DNA of 8,461 nucleotides from a virus (lineage: Duplodnaviria; Heunggongvirae; Uroviricota; Caudoviricetes), in IMG/VR virus record IMGVR_UViG_2734482553_000012, one strand, 5' to 3'. The notes beneath the pieces were generated by a model. It did not search any database. It was given only the letters and a program-made list of their open reading frames with translations, and was not told the origin of the DNA. Below are positions 8,099 through 8,461 of the stretch, piece by piece. The translations under genes and the position numbers were made by a program. Each line of letters starts with the position of its first letter. Position 1 is the first letter of the stretch.

Positions 8099-8371
8099 TC
8101 GTCTTAATATAGTCACGCATGCAACTTGTTCCATGCGGAGATTAAAGATTGGAATATAACGCGAAGATGGAATTAAATTACATTTGCAATAATTAATTTA
8201 TTATTACTCAATAATTACCGATATTATTATTGTAAATTAATCATTAGAATGCAAAAAGAAATGTAACGGCAAAATAAGAGGACGATAGCTGAGAAAAAAG
8301 CGTGCTTTCCCAATCTGGGGCAAATCACGTCTGAATGACACCTGAAAACAGGTGGTAGCCTCAAGAAGGCT

Positions 8372-8394
8372 GGTGATGCTGCCAACTTACTGAT
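8372..8394 (+). repeat. IS1 left terminal inverted repeat (IRL)
   Basis: From memory: GGTGATGCTGCCAACTTACTGAT is the canonical 23-bp IS1 terminal inverted repeat. The 9 bp just outside it (8363-8371, AAGAAGGCT) would be the target-site duplication if this is a simple insertion; the other copy would lie beyond the window. Confidence 0.85.
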
Positions 8395-8426
8395 TTAGTG
8401 TATGATGGTGTTTTTGAGGTGCTCCA

Positions 8427-8461
8427 GTGGCTTCTGTTTCTATCAGCTGTCCCTCCTGTTC
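8427..8461 (+). CDS. insA: IS1 InsA (transposition regulator), 5'-partial fragment with GTG start
   Basis: Seen: GTG at 8427 followed by GCT TCT GTT TCT ATC AGC TGT CCC TCC TGT, translating to (M)ASVSISCPSC. From memory: this is the InsA N-terminus, and insA is known to start with GTG. Runs off the window end. Confidence 0.85.
   Translation, partial: MASVSISCPSC

Larger units (their letters stand above)
7623..8371. other. AT-rich non-coding region between tfa and IS1, with no ORF of credible length on either strand
   Basis: Seen: base composition shifts abruptly to AT-rich after the tfa stop; stop codons are dense in all six frames (the ORF track has nothing beyond 7622, and my manual scan found only peptides of 30 aa or fewer). 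Contains several short inverted repeats: 7716-7738, CGCATG/CATGCG at 8116-8137, and CACCTG-AAAA-CAGGTG at 8339-8354. Confidence 0.8.
8372..8461 (+). mobile_element. IS1 insertion sequence, left end (partial; continues beyond the window)
   Basis: From memory of IS1: 8372-8461 (GGTGATGCTGCCAACTTACTGATTTAGTGTATGATGGTGTTTTTGAGGTGCTCCAGTGGCTTCTGTTTCTATCAGCTGTCCCTCCTGTTC) matches the IS1 left end including its terminal inverted repeat. Seen: composition changes sharply at this boundary. IS1 is about 768 bp, so most of it lies outside the window. Confidence 0.9.

Noticed and set aside
8014-8106. 30-codon ORF (MTLTIDRNFLRVNGHCFCLQSKCFGGYKSS) and other tiny ORFs in 7880-8260
   Set aside because: No ribosome-binding site, random-like composition, and of a length expected by chance; cannot be supported as genes from sequence alone.
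8372-8461. First impression that the window end matches the cloning vector pACYC184 near its p15A origin (possible vector contamination or plasmid junction)
   Set aside because: The part of pACYC184 I was recalling is itself an IS1 end fragment carried in from Tn9. The window matches canonical IS1 (inverted repeat plus GTG-initiated insA), and nothing here matches the p15A origin proper. IS1 is the parsimonious call.
1-8461. Checked for CRISPR arrays, tRNA or rRNA genes and integrase/attachment-site signatures
   Set aside because: No spaced direct-repeat array, no tRNA-like GC-rich cloverleaf candidates (the only non-coding stretch is AT-rich) and no integrase gene in the window; the only mobile-element signature is the IS1 end.

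Overview
This window is the distal tail / host-range module of a lambda-like (lambdoid) phage or prophage, most likely in an Escherichia/Shigella-type genome, followed by AT-rich non-coding DNA and the left end of an IS1 element. All genes are on the + strand: the 3' ~3 kb of host-specificity gene J (1-3012), lom (3083-3893), an enlarged mosaic side-tail-fibre gene stf (3958-7041) and the tail-fibre assembly chaperone gene tfa (7041-7622). After tfa there is ~750 bp of AT-rich sequence with no credible ORF on either strand (7623-8371), then the IS1 left inverted repeat and the start of insA (8372-8461, continuing beyond the window). Three runs of N (530-793, 1319-1664, 3666-3857) hide 802 bp; the third sits inside lom between two copies of a 19-bp direct repeat and shifts the frame. 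Protein identifications rest on my recollection of lambda J, Lom, Stf, Tfa and IS1 sequences, not on a database search. I see no convincing evidence in the visible sequence for a novel multi-gene system (no defence-like operon, CRISPR array, tRNA or toxin-antitoxin pair). The items most worth a second look are the non-lambda modules inside stf, the lom disruption, the divergent J C-terminus and the ORF-free AT-rich stretch next to IS1.
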